NCBI GenBank assembly: GCA_965219995.1
Contig: CBDCOX010000002.1
Span: 4,064,001-4,128,000 of the forward strand
DNA from: Candidatus Latescibacterota bacterium
GTDB lineage: Bacteria; Latescibacterota; UBA2968; GCA-2709665
DNA: 64,000 bases
Direction: 5' to 3'
Below the pieces are notes generated by a model. That model saw only the letters and a list, made by a program, of their open reading frames with translations. It was not told the DNA's origin and did no database searches. The translations under genes and the position numbers were made by a program. The number at the start of each line of letters is the position of its first letter. Positions within the stretch are counted from its first letter, which is position 1. Positions 41,501 to 48,785 of the stretch are shown one piece after another.

Positions 41501-41897
41501 TCGCAACGCGGTTCATGAAGCCCATCAGGTTCAGGCTTACACGCGCGTCGATCCGGCGCATCCGGATGTCGGCCAGCAGCAGCCGGGTCTCTTCCGCGCC
41601 GACCGAGCCCGCCTCCAGCGCCAGGTTCATCGCGTCGACGTCCCGTTTGAGCTCCAGGAGCGACCTGCGGTTCAGGACACGCAAGTCACTGAGCATCTCC
41701 TCGAAGTCTCCGACGCGGGAAGGTGTCGACCGGCCGGATTTCACGGCGTGAATAGAACCTCCCCCGCCCACCTTCAAACGAATGCTGTCCGCCGGTCCGC
41801 CGATACCCCGAACACGCACTTCCAGCGAATCGACCGCGGCCGCGTCTGCAGCGGACAGCATCGCAAAAACCAAAACGACAGGAATCACGGGTCGCAT
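38571..41897 (-). CDS. TPR plus degenerate GWxTD-like exported protein 4 with a long N-terminal extension
   Basis: Signal peptide MRPVIPVVLVFAML..AAA; TPRs; LWASRDPTP..N.RLAEHYRR; DPGLVYIRHGRPS; YFELYNL. Confidence 0.75.
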   Translation of the reverse strand: MRPVIPVVLVFAMLSAADAAAVDSLEVRVRGIGGPADSIRLKVGGGGSIHAVKSGRSTPSRVGDFEEMLSDLRVLNRRSLLELKRDVDAMNLALEAGSVGAEETRLLLADIRMRRIDARVSLNLMGFMNRVAKDEDLSARWSAPVHLIMPAPATPNVLVVNRTRGQMAADVWDTDTIRVVYIPAFSGFAKEAMPDEDALDRAADVAAEVTVYTAEAVASAVEGLDEARGGGIAGAITVVSVSDPAGAHAPPGAIAEDPPARGVLVFPSTMVPRPERLLLDRAEPVAIRDLEGVRLTHLVDSDTLVQRLNVRPGTRRTDFERATGPETGFRSLRVPRRIRESASSPPGVSQPPASEAALAADPDGPAAYNQGVGLLAAGKLDEARRQFEDAISEDDGYSPAFVGLGRAYLQQDAWDDAKYYLKRALKRAPESPPALMALSDVAMAEENWGDQKKWSARILKQDPDNPEALYRLAVAHREAGKYQATVMRWLSWRRSERFFRRLVDEAPEYRDALYQYAVLKRYDMAFVKAIKLGENQVRIKPNELVHRRRLRRLYLYLLDNMDPEDALKWMRRHGSEYARYFEGEALRLAGRTARADTVLRAWVASHPSLSVIPAYLSLARIAYARDDLEAGEGHYNKAVENIRDSLDARLMYEDVKYIVTVEEMDAFSRLETPEAHREFFRKLWASRDPTPAVSPNVRLAEHYRRILYVERYYIYDGFRTWFYDPDRDDKIPYPSTIELNDRFNDPGLVYIRHGRPSDTQKFSMAEVWHYWKTDEFPKMVFNFVATPSSMGSNWRLVESLSGSGNFGQRLRWENEKSRREAHASVKMGLKTDRHSWVDDVDALDYESYLAFFKGESGREDVELYYGMPFKALNKDYGSLPDTSSIYEYGLTLHDMQWNRFENLTGHVRKSQVERSRYEERSFGVLRLSADPDSSHAAFFLRPSRRRLLGGWKQSVRIPDFSETELEMSSVVPAHVIWPDVKGSEGFNLRGINAVPNPSLRFSRKDPVYIYFELYNLTPDERGTTSFDISYGLTRLKRKGVSRLLRIFGSGKKPATTVTVSQLGDAPDTREYRSLDLSKAGSGEFLLTVRVRDNHARTEREKTVQLVLE

Positions 41898-41902
41898 AAC
41901 CG

Positions 41903-42376
41903 CTATCTCCACTGTTGCTCCAGTTCGGCTTCCATTTCCAGGATAGACGCCTTGATCTGCGCCAGTTCCTTTCGAATGGGCGCGGATGTTCCGTTTCCGG
42001 CCGGATGAACCGGTTCGTACATCTCCAACCCCCAGATCGCAATCATCAGGGCGGCGGCCACCGCCGCCGGCGCGAGCACGCCACGGGGAATCCTGTCAAC
42101 CAGGTCCGACAGTCGCCATGGAATGCGCCCCGGCCTCTCGGGCAGGCGATCCGACAACCCGTCCCAGAGCCCTGCAGGCGCCGTTTCGTTTGCAACGGCC
42201 GCCGCAAAATGTCCCCGGACCGCGCCCTCACTCCGGCGCAGCCGTTCGAACGCAATGGCGCAATCTCCGCACTGCGCCAGGTGCGCCCGCATCGCCTTTT
42301 CATCCATCGGCGACAGATCGGCGTCCAGCCAGCTGTGCATCCGCCTTCTGGCTTCGCGACATTCAAGATTCGGCAT
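41903..42376 (-). CDS. Zinc-binding (ZAS/zf-HC2) anti-sigma factor
   Basis: HLAQCGDC HxxxCxxC motif, one TM helix, directly downstream of the ECF sigma gene. Confidence 0.88.
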   Translation of the reverse strand: MPNLECREARRRMHSWLDADLSPMDEKAMRAHLAQCGDCAIAFERLRRSEGAVRGHFAAAVANETAPAGLWDGLSDRLPERPGRIPWRLSDLVDRIPRGVLAPAAVAAALMIAIWGLEMYEPVHPAGNGTSAPIRKELAQIKASILEMEAELEQQWR

Positions 42377-42399
42377 GTTGCAATCCTTTCTTATCTCGA

Positions 42400-42978
42400 T
42401 CAATCCAACAGATCCTGTCTCTCGATTTCTTTCTGCAGCTTTTCCCGCGCCCGGTGAAGCCGCGACTTTACCGTGCCTTCGGGTACATTGAGGATTTCCG
42501 CGACTTCACTGCCGGTAAGCTCCTGCAGATAGGTCAACACCACAACCTCGTGGAGCTTTGCCGGCAGCCGGTCGATGATCGCCCGCAGGCGAATCCGGAC
42601 GTCCCGCTTCGCAAACCGGACATCCGGCGCTTCGGTACCGGCAGAGGCCAGACCTCCGAACCATGAAGGCGGCGTCAGGCGCTCCAGGAGCCGCCTGCGT
42701 CTCCTGCGCCGCGCGTTCAACGCGGTTCGTATTGCAATCCGGTACAGCCAGGCCTGAAAGGGCACCTGACCGGAAAACGAACGCAGTCCCCGGAAGGTCC
42801 GGACAAAGGCATCCTGGGCCGCTTCTTCCGCCTCTTCCCGGTCGCTCAGAACCGAGAGCGCAACCAGGAAGACAAAGTCCTGGTGGGGTTCGATCAGCCT
42901 CCGGAACGCGTCCCTGTTTCCCGAAAGACACTGCTGGATCAGGTCCCGCTCCTGGGGCATTGTGGACTCCGGCGTCAT
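42400..42978 (-). CDS. ECF sigma-70 factor
   Basis: AEEAAQDAF, AWLYRIA (region 2); EVAEILNVPEGTVKSRLHRAR (region 4). Start codon uncertain. Confidence 0.93.
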   Translation of the reverse strand: MTPESTMPQERDLIQQCLSGNRDAFRRLIEPHQDFVFLVALSVLSDREEAEEAAQDAFVRTFRGLRSFSGQVPFQAWLYRIAIRTALNARRRRRRRLLERLTPPSWFGGLASAGTEAPDVRFAKRDVRIRLRAIIDRLPAKLHEVVVLTYLQELTGSEVAEILNVPEGTVKSRLHRAREKLQKEIERQDLLD

Positions 42979-43230
42979 GGCCTGCTGATGAATCGCGATC
43001 GTGAAATGCCTTTGTAGATCTGCGGATAACACTTTTTTACCCTGAACAGGCGGAGGAAGCGCTGTTTGCCGTATCTCACAACCTGCAAGACACGGCTTCT
43101 GTCCGGCAGGTTCGATAAAATTTCACCAGTTTGGGTCAAAAAGCAACCATTATCGCGGGGAAGCGAAACACGTGCGATTCCTGTATACACAATGGAGGAT
43201 GGGTCTCGCGGTCCACCGCCGAATATTCGC

Positions 43231-43259
43231 TTGACGCGCCGGGTCCATGTCCCTACTTT
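43231..43259 (+). promoter_or_regulatory. Putative sigma70 promoter for the PhyH-HEAT gene
   Basis: TTGACG-17 nt-TACTTT. Confidence 0.5.
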
Positions 43260-43334
43260 TTTAACGTAGCGGCGTAAGAAAACGGGAATCGCGCCTGCCC
43301 TGAGCATGCTCACCATCTTCACGGAGATTTAACG

Positions 43335-44705
43335 ATGCTTGATCCGAAATACCTCCTCGACGACAGCAAAATGCAGGAATTCATCGCCAATGGATTCATT
43401 ACGATCAAGGTCGATCTCCCGCCCGGGTTCCACGAGGAAATCTACAGGAAAACCGACGAAGTCTTTCAGAAGGAAGGGAACCCGGGCAACAACGTCCTGC
43501 CTCGAATTCCCGAAATTCAGACCGTGTTCGACCAGCCCGAGGTCCGGGGCGCGTTCTCGTCGATCCTCGGGCACGACCATACCATGCACGTCCACCGCCA
43601 CTGCCACTTCAACACGCCCAACGGAAAGGGCGGGGGATGGCACAAGGACAGCTACTGGGGCTACTATAAGCTGCGTTACCTCCGCAACCGGTGGGCGATG
43701 GCGTTTTACTATCCGCAGGACGTGGAACTCGAGAACGGCCCAACGGGCGTTATCCCCAACACGCACTGCTACATGGACCGGCTGAAGGACCCGGACGAAG
43801 CCGGAGTTTCCGTTTGCGGCGAAGCCGGAACGATCGCAATTGTCCACTTCGACATCTGGCACCGCGCCATGCCCAACATGGTGGACAAGCGGCGGTATAT
43901 GATGAAGTTCCAGTTCACGCGGATGTCCGAGCCAACGCAGCCGGATTGGAACCACAGTGACGGCGCCTGGCGCAACGCGGACGTTGGAAACCGGCACCCC
44001 TTCGTCTGGAACAACACCTGGGAATGGTCTCGAGGCGCGAACGCCAACGGCCACGCGGGCGACGTGGCCGCACTTGCGCGGACCCTTCAGGACGGCGACG
44101 AACCCGCCCGGCTGAACGCGGCATTCGAGCTCGCCGCGACGGGCGAACCGGCTGTCGGACCGCTTTCGCGCGCCCTTCGTTCGGCCGACGACGGCGTCAA
44201 ACTCCACGCCGCGTACGGTCTGGCCGCCGTGGGAGAGCCCGCCGTTTCCGATCTCGCCGCCGCGCTCGGAGATGACGATGAAAAGGTCCGCGGCCACGCC
44301 GCCTTCGCCCTGGGCGACGCGGGTCCCGCAGCCGCCGGCGCCGTGTCCGCACTCGCGAAGACGCTGGACGATCCTTCCGAATGGGTCCGCCACCACGCGG
44401 CGGAGGCCCTCGGCACCATCGCGCGAAATCCGGACGAGGCCGTGCCCGCTCTGGCGAGCGCGCTGAAGGACGACGACGCCCAGGTCCGCTACAACGCGGC
44501 GTATTCCCTGGCCCGTTTCCGCGGGGACGCCGAAGCGGCCGTCCCGGCTCTCGGCGAAGCCCTTCAAGACGAAAATCGATACGCGTCCGGGCACGCGGCG
44601 GTGGCGCTGGAGTATATCGGTACGCCGGAAGCGCTCAACATCCTCCTGGACCACCTCAACACCGCGCGCTGGTGCCCCATCACCACACGGGAAGACCTTT
44701 ACTAG
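43335..44705 (+). CDS. Phytanoyl-CoA dioxygenase-like domain fused to HEAT (PBS-lyase) repeats
   Basis: WHKD and DIWH facial-triad motifs, NGPTGVIP; repeated VR..AA.ALG units. Confidence 0.85.
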   Translation: MLDPKYLLDDSKMQEFIANGFITIKVDLPPGFHEEIYRKTDEVFQKEGNPGNNVLPRIPEIQTVFDQPEVRGAFSSILGHDHTMHVHRHCHFNTPNGKGGGWHKDSYWGYYKLRYLRNRWAMAFYYPQDVELENGPTGVIPNTHCYMDRLKDPDEAGVSVCGEAGTIAIVHFDIWHRAMPNMVDKRRYMMKFQFTRMSEPTQPDWNHSDGAWRNADVGNRHPFVWNNTWEWSRGANANGHAGDVAALARTLQDGDEPARLNAAFELAATGEPAVGPLSRALRSADDGVKLHAAYGLAAVGEPAVSDLAAALGDDDEKVRGHAAFALGDAGPAAAGAVSALAKTLDDPSEWVRHHAAEALGTIARNPDEAVPALASALKDDDAQVRYNAAYSLARFRGDAEAAVPALGEALQDENRYASGHAAVALEYIGTPEALNILLDHLNTARWCPITTREDLY

Positions 44706-44774
44706 AAATGATCCCTGTCGGGATTACAATTGCGCGTTGCGGGGATGCGTTTCACAGTTAAAAATACTAGAACC

Positions 44775-45012
44775 GGTGAGACGGTAGACGGTAGACGGTA
44801 GATGACATCCTTGCTCGATTGGTTCTTCCTTTATGCCTCCGGCAAGATATGAAACCGCACCGGGCAAGTAAGATCGGGGAGACACAAGTAGAGGAAGACA
44901 TTTACAGCAGTGTTTCCGCATAAACCGTGCCTGTTTATCTACCGCTATCGTAACGACAAGAAACACCATAGGGCGCAGATATCATCTCCCGTCTCACGTC
45001 TTACCTCTCACC
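44775..45012. repeat. Heptamer-armed inverted-repeat element 1 (core A plus core B)
   Basis: Ends GGTGAGA...TCTCACC with AGACGGT/AGACGTG heptamers; core A 44811..44867, core B 44910..44966. Confidence 0.8.
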
Positions 45013-45024
45013 GCCTTTGTGACA

Positions 45025-46158
45025 ATGACAACCAACTTCTGCAAACTGTTTTCCCGTATCGCGGTGCTGTGTTTTCTCGTAGCCTGCGGCGGGAAAGAAA
45101 AACCCGCCGCCCCGGCGCCGGAACCGGCGCCTGCCGAGACCACGGATAACACCCCCCGGCAGCCCAGACCCCTGTTGTCGGACAGTACGTTCGGCGCCGA
45201 CTCGAACCCCACCGGCAATCCCATCGGCGGGGGAGACGGATACGATGAACTGGTAGAGGAAACCGACTACCTGGTTACCAACCGGGCGGAGCTGCTCGAC
45301 GCGCTCAAGCAGGCGACGCGGGGACAGGTGGTCTATCTGGCAGACACCGCCAGGGTGGACCTTACCGGCGACCAGAGAATCGAGATCGCCGGCGGCGTCA
45401 CGCTGGCAAGCGGACGGGGCAAGCCCGATACCGAAGGCGGCCTGGTTTACTCAAAGGAACTGGAGACGATTCCACTCTTTGTCGCCACCGGTCCGGACGT
45501 GCGCGTGACCGGACTCCGGCTGGAGGGCCCGGACACGATGAGGCGCACGGAGCAGATGAGGCAGCTCAGTGCGGAAGGACGGTACTACAGCATCCCCAAC
45601 TCGCGGGCCATCGAGACCTTCGAACCACGTCTGGAAGTGGACAACTGCGAACTCTTCGGCTGGAGTCACGGCGCGATTTTCCTCCGGGCCAATTCAACGG
45701 ACAACCACATTCACCACAACTATTTCCACCACAACCAGCGACACGGTCTGGGATACGGCGTGGTTATGGACCAGTCGGAAGCCCTGATCGAGGCCAACCG
45801 CTTCGACTGGGGCCGGCACCACATCGCCGGGACGGGCAGGCCCGGCACGAGCTACGAGGCCCGCTACAACCTGGTCCTGGAAAACGCCAACAGCCACAGC
45901 TTCGACATGCACGGCGGCCGGGACCGGGACGACGGGACGGACGTCGCCGGCACCGTAATCCGGATTCATCACAACACGTTTCTGGCCGTCGACGTGGCCG
46001 CGGTCGTCATCCGGGGCGTTCCCGAGGAATACTGCGACATCTACAACAACTGGTTCATCCACTCTGTCCCGGGCGTCGCCGTCAAACAGGTCAACGCCAA
46101 GGGAAACGTGCGGCACTACGCGAACCAGTACACCAACGATCGGGTCGTCAAGGACTGA
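45025..46158 (+). CDS. Lipoprotein with right-handed parallel beta-helix, copy 1
   Basis: Lipobox LVAC, Pro-rich linker, HIHHNYFHHNQ..GLGYG and FDMHG motifs. Confidence 0.8.
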   Translation: MTTNFCKLFSRIAVLCFLVACGGKEKPAAPAPEPAPAETTDNTPRQPRPLLSDSTFGADSNPTGNPIGGGDGYDELVEETDYLVTNRAELLDALKQATRGQVVYLADTARVDLTGDQRIEIAGGVTLASGRGKPDTEGGLVYSKELETIPLFVATGPDVRVTGLRLEGPDTMRRTEQMRQLSAEGRYYSIPNSRAIETFEPRLEVDNCELFGWSHGAIFLRANSTDNHIHHNYFHHNQRHGLGYGVVMDQSEALIEANRFDWGRHHIAGTGRPGTSYEARYNLVLENANSHSFDMHGGRDRDDGTDVAGTVIRIHHNTFLAVDVAAVVIRGVPEEYCDIYNNWFIHSVPGVAVKQVNAKGNVRHYANQYTNDRVVKD

Positions 46159-46508
46159 GATGACGTCCTTGCCCGATTGGTTTTTCCCTTATGCCTGCGG
46201 CAAGAGATGATACCGCACGGGGCAACAAAACCCGTTAGACGTAAGACGGTAGACGGTAGAGGACATCATTGCCCGATTGGTTGCTCCTTAATGCCTCTGG
46301 CAAGATGTGATACCGCACAGGGCAATAAAACCGGTGAGACGTGAGAAAGGAAGAAGGAAGAAGTAGGAATGAAGAAATGTTGGTAACCATTTCGCATGTG
46401 ACGACCGCAATGGGCGTCTCGTTGTGCGCACCGGGATGCGAATTGCAATGGGCGTCGCGAGACCGGAAGCGGTGTGGTTCAAACCCGTCTTACGTCTACC
46501 CTTTCACC
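46158..46508. repeat. Repeat cluster with two tandem core-A copies 100 bp apart
   Basis: Core A at 46169..46225 and 46269..46325, separated by AGACGTA/AGACGGT heptamers; right-arm-like sequence near 46485..46508. Confidence 0.8.
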
Positions 46509-46519
46509 GCCTCCACCGA

Positions 46520-46623
46520 CCTACCCCCTATCCCCCTTCCCGGGGGAAGGGGGAACTGTGATCCCCTCGCGGTGTCCTGGTTTTCTCCCCCTTTCCTTTA
46601 GGAGAGGGGGCCGGGGGGAGAGG
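46520..46623. repeat. C/G-rich REP-like palindromes
   Basis: TCCCCCTTCCC-GG-GGGAAGGGGGA and CCCCCTTTCCT-TT-AGGAGAGGGGG hairpins; related CCCTCACCCCCCGGCCCCT at 59601. Confidence 0.55.
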
Positions 46624-46636
46624 TCTGCGTAAATTC

Positions 46637-46919
46637 GGTGAGACGTAAGAGGGTAGACGGTAGATGACATCCTTGCCCGATTGGTTGCTCCCTTATGCCT
46701 CTGGCAAGATGTGAAACCGCACAGGGCAATAAAACCGGTGAGACGTGAGACGGTAGACGGTAGAGGAAGACTCTTGCAGCAGTGTTTCCGCATCAACCGT
46801 GCCTGTTTATCTACCGCTTTCGTAACGGCAAGAAACGCCATAGGGCGCAGACATCATCTCCCGTCTCCCGTCTTACGTCTACCCGTTCTTCATGCACTCA
46901 CATCCTCTCCCGTCTCACC
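46637..46919. repeat. Heptamer-armed inverted-repeat element (core A plus core B), paralogue of element 1
   Basis: GGTGAGACG...CGTCTCACC ends; core A 46673..46729, core B 46782..46838. Confidence 0.8.
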
Positions 46920-46931
46920 GCCTTTCTTGCA

Positions 46932-48059
46932 ATGAAAACGACCAATTACATACTGATTTCCTGTCTCGCGATGCTGTTTTTTCTAGCGGCCTGCGGCGGC
47001 GAGGAAACGCCCCCTGCCCCCGAACCGCAACCGACCGAACCGACGGGCGGACGGGACGTGAGTAACCGCGCGCTGCTATCCGACGACAACTTCGGGGCCG
47101 ACTCGAATCCCACCGGCAATCCCATCGGGGGCGGAGAGGGATACGATCAGCTGGTGGAGGAGTATGACTATTTCGTTACAAATCGCGCGGAGCTTCTGGA
47201 CGCGCTCACGAAGGCGACCGGGGGGCAGGTGGTCTACGTGGCGGACACCGCGCGAGTGGACCTGACCGGCGACACGGACATCCAGATCCGGGCGGGCGTC
47301 ACGCTGGCCAGCGGCCGGGGCAAGCCCGATACCGATGGCGGGCTTATCTTTTCTAAACAGCTGGATACGGCCCCGCTGTTCGTCGCCGCCGGTCCCGACG
47401 TTCGCCTTACCGGCCTGAGGCTGGAGGGGCCGGACTCAATGCGGCGCACCGAACAGATGACGCAACTCCTGCGGGAGGGGCGGTATTACAGCATACCCAA
47501 CTCCAGGGCCATCGAGACCTTCGAAGAGAGGCTGGAGGTGGACAACTGCGAACTCTGGGGCTGGAGCCACGGTGCGATTTTCCTGAGGCGGAATTCGACG
47601 GACAACCACATCCACCACAACTACATTCATCACAATCAGCGTCACGGTCTCGGCTACGGCGTGGTGATGGACAATTCCGAAGCGCTCATCGAAGCCAACC
47701 TGTTCGACTGGTGCCGGCACCACATTGCCGGCACCGGCAGGCCGAATACCAGCTACGAGGCCCGATACAACATGGTCCTGGAGAACGCCAACAGCCACAG
47801 CTTCGACATGCACGGCGGCCGGGACCGGGAAGACGGAACGGACATCGCCGGAAACCTCATCCTCATTCACCACAACACGTTTCTCGCCATTGACGTGGAA
47901 GCGGTCGTCATCCGGGGAATTCCACGGGATATCTGCGACGTCTACAACAACTGGTTTATCCACTGGCTCCCGGCGACGGCGATCAAGCAGGTCTATGCCA
48001 CGGGCAATATGAGGAACTACTCGAACCAGTACACGCACACCCGGGTCGTGAAGGACTGA
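46932..48059 (+). CDS. Lipoprotein with right-handed parallel beta-helix, copy 2
   Basis: Lipobox LAAC; closely similar to copy 1 along the whole mature domain. Confidence 0.8.
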   Translation: MKTTNYILISCLAMLFFLAACGGEETPPAPEPQPTEPTGGRDVSNRALLSDDNFGADSNPTGNPIGGGEGYDQLVEEYDYFVTNRAELLDALTKATGGQVVYVADTARVDLTGDTDIQIRAGVTLASGRGKPDTDGGLIFSKQLDTAPLFVAAGPDVRLTGLRLEGPDSMRRTEQMTQLLREGRYYSIPNSRAIETFEERLEVDNCELWGWSHGAIFLRRNSTDNHIHHNYIHHNQRHGLGYGVVMDNSEALIEANLFDWCRHHIAGTGRPNTSYEARYNMVLENANSHSFDMHGGRDREDGTDIAGNLILIHHNTFLAIDVEAVVIRGIPRDICDVYNNWFIHWLPATAIKQVYATGNMRNYSNQYTHTRVVKD

Positions 48060-48094
48060 ACGAACCACGCGTTGTCACGAGAGGAGTCCGGCGA

Positions 48095-48547
48095 ATGCCG
48101 AGGCAGTGGAAGGTGTACCTGGCCGGCGAAATTCACAGCGACTGGCGGGACCGGATCGTGAGCGCCGCCGCGGAGAAGGAACTCCCTGTCACGTTCACGT
48201 CGCCGGTCACGGACCACGCGGCAAGCGACAACTGCGGCGTGGACATCCTGGGCCCGGAGGACTCCTCCTTCTGGAAGGACCACAAGGCCGCGAAGATCAA
48301 TGCCATCCGGACGCGAACGCTCATTGGCGACGCCGATCTCGTGGTGGTGCGCTTCGGAGACCAATATCGTCAGTGGAACGCGGCGTTCGACGCGGGATTC
48401 GCATCGGCTCTCGGCAAACCCGTTGTCGTGATCCACGATTCTGCGAATGCTCACGCGCTGAAGGAAGTCGACGCGGCCGCGATGGCGGTGGCGGAGACGC
48501 CCGAACAGGTCGTGGACGTACTCGCCTACGTGACCCGTGGAACCTGA
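48095..48547 (+). CDS. YtoQ family protein (nucleoside 2-deoxyribosyltransferase-like)
   Basis: VYLAGEIHSDWR, QWNAAFDAG, HALKEVDAAA. Confidence 0.88.
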   Translation: MPRQWKVYLAGEIHSDWRDRIVSAAAEKELPVTFTSPVTDHAASDNCGVDILGPEDSSFWKDHKAAKINAIRTRTLIGDADLVVVRFGDQYRQWNAAFDAGFASALGKPVVVIHDSANAHALKEVDAAAMAVAETPEQVVDVLAYVTRGT

Positions 48548-48608
48548 ATTGCGCGGTCCCCACGCGTATTCCACCCTGGATGCCGCATGCCGCTGCACAA
48601 AAAACACC

Positions 48609-48637
48609 TTGAAAGATGAACAAAGATGCACTATATT
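48609..48637 (+). promoter_or_regulatory. Putative sigma70 promoter of parE-parC
   Basis: TTGAAA-17 nt-TATATT. Confidence 0.55.
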
Positions 48638-48785
48638 ATAGTGCTGTCTTTCCCCTTTATTTCCCCGTAGTTAGGTTCTTTTCAGGCCCTGTTTCGCCCT
48701 GAGCCCACGCCGGGATCGTCTGTCTCCCCTTCCGTATCGTCGCCGCGCGGGATTGCGCGTTGGAGCGACCCCGAATAGGTACGCC

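Noticed and set aside
44811-46838. Integron attC sites
   Set aside because: The length is similar, but the RYYYAAC...GTTRRRY boxes are absent and there is no integrase.
44775-46919. CRISPR array
   Set aside because: The repeated units are 57 bp, degenerate and irregularly spaced, the intervening DNA is itself repetitive rather than unique spacers, and no cas genes are present.
44724-46935. Small similar ORFs in the repeat region (44724..44969, 46521..46841 and others)
   Set aside because: Their similarity comes from the DNA repeat; lengths and frames are not conserved and there is no RBS.
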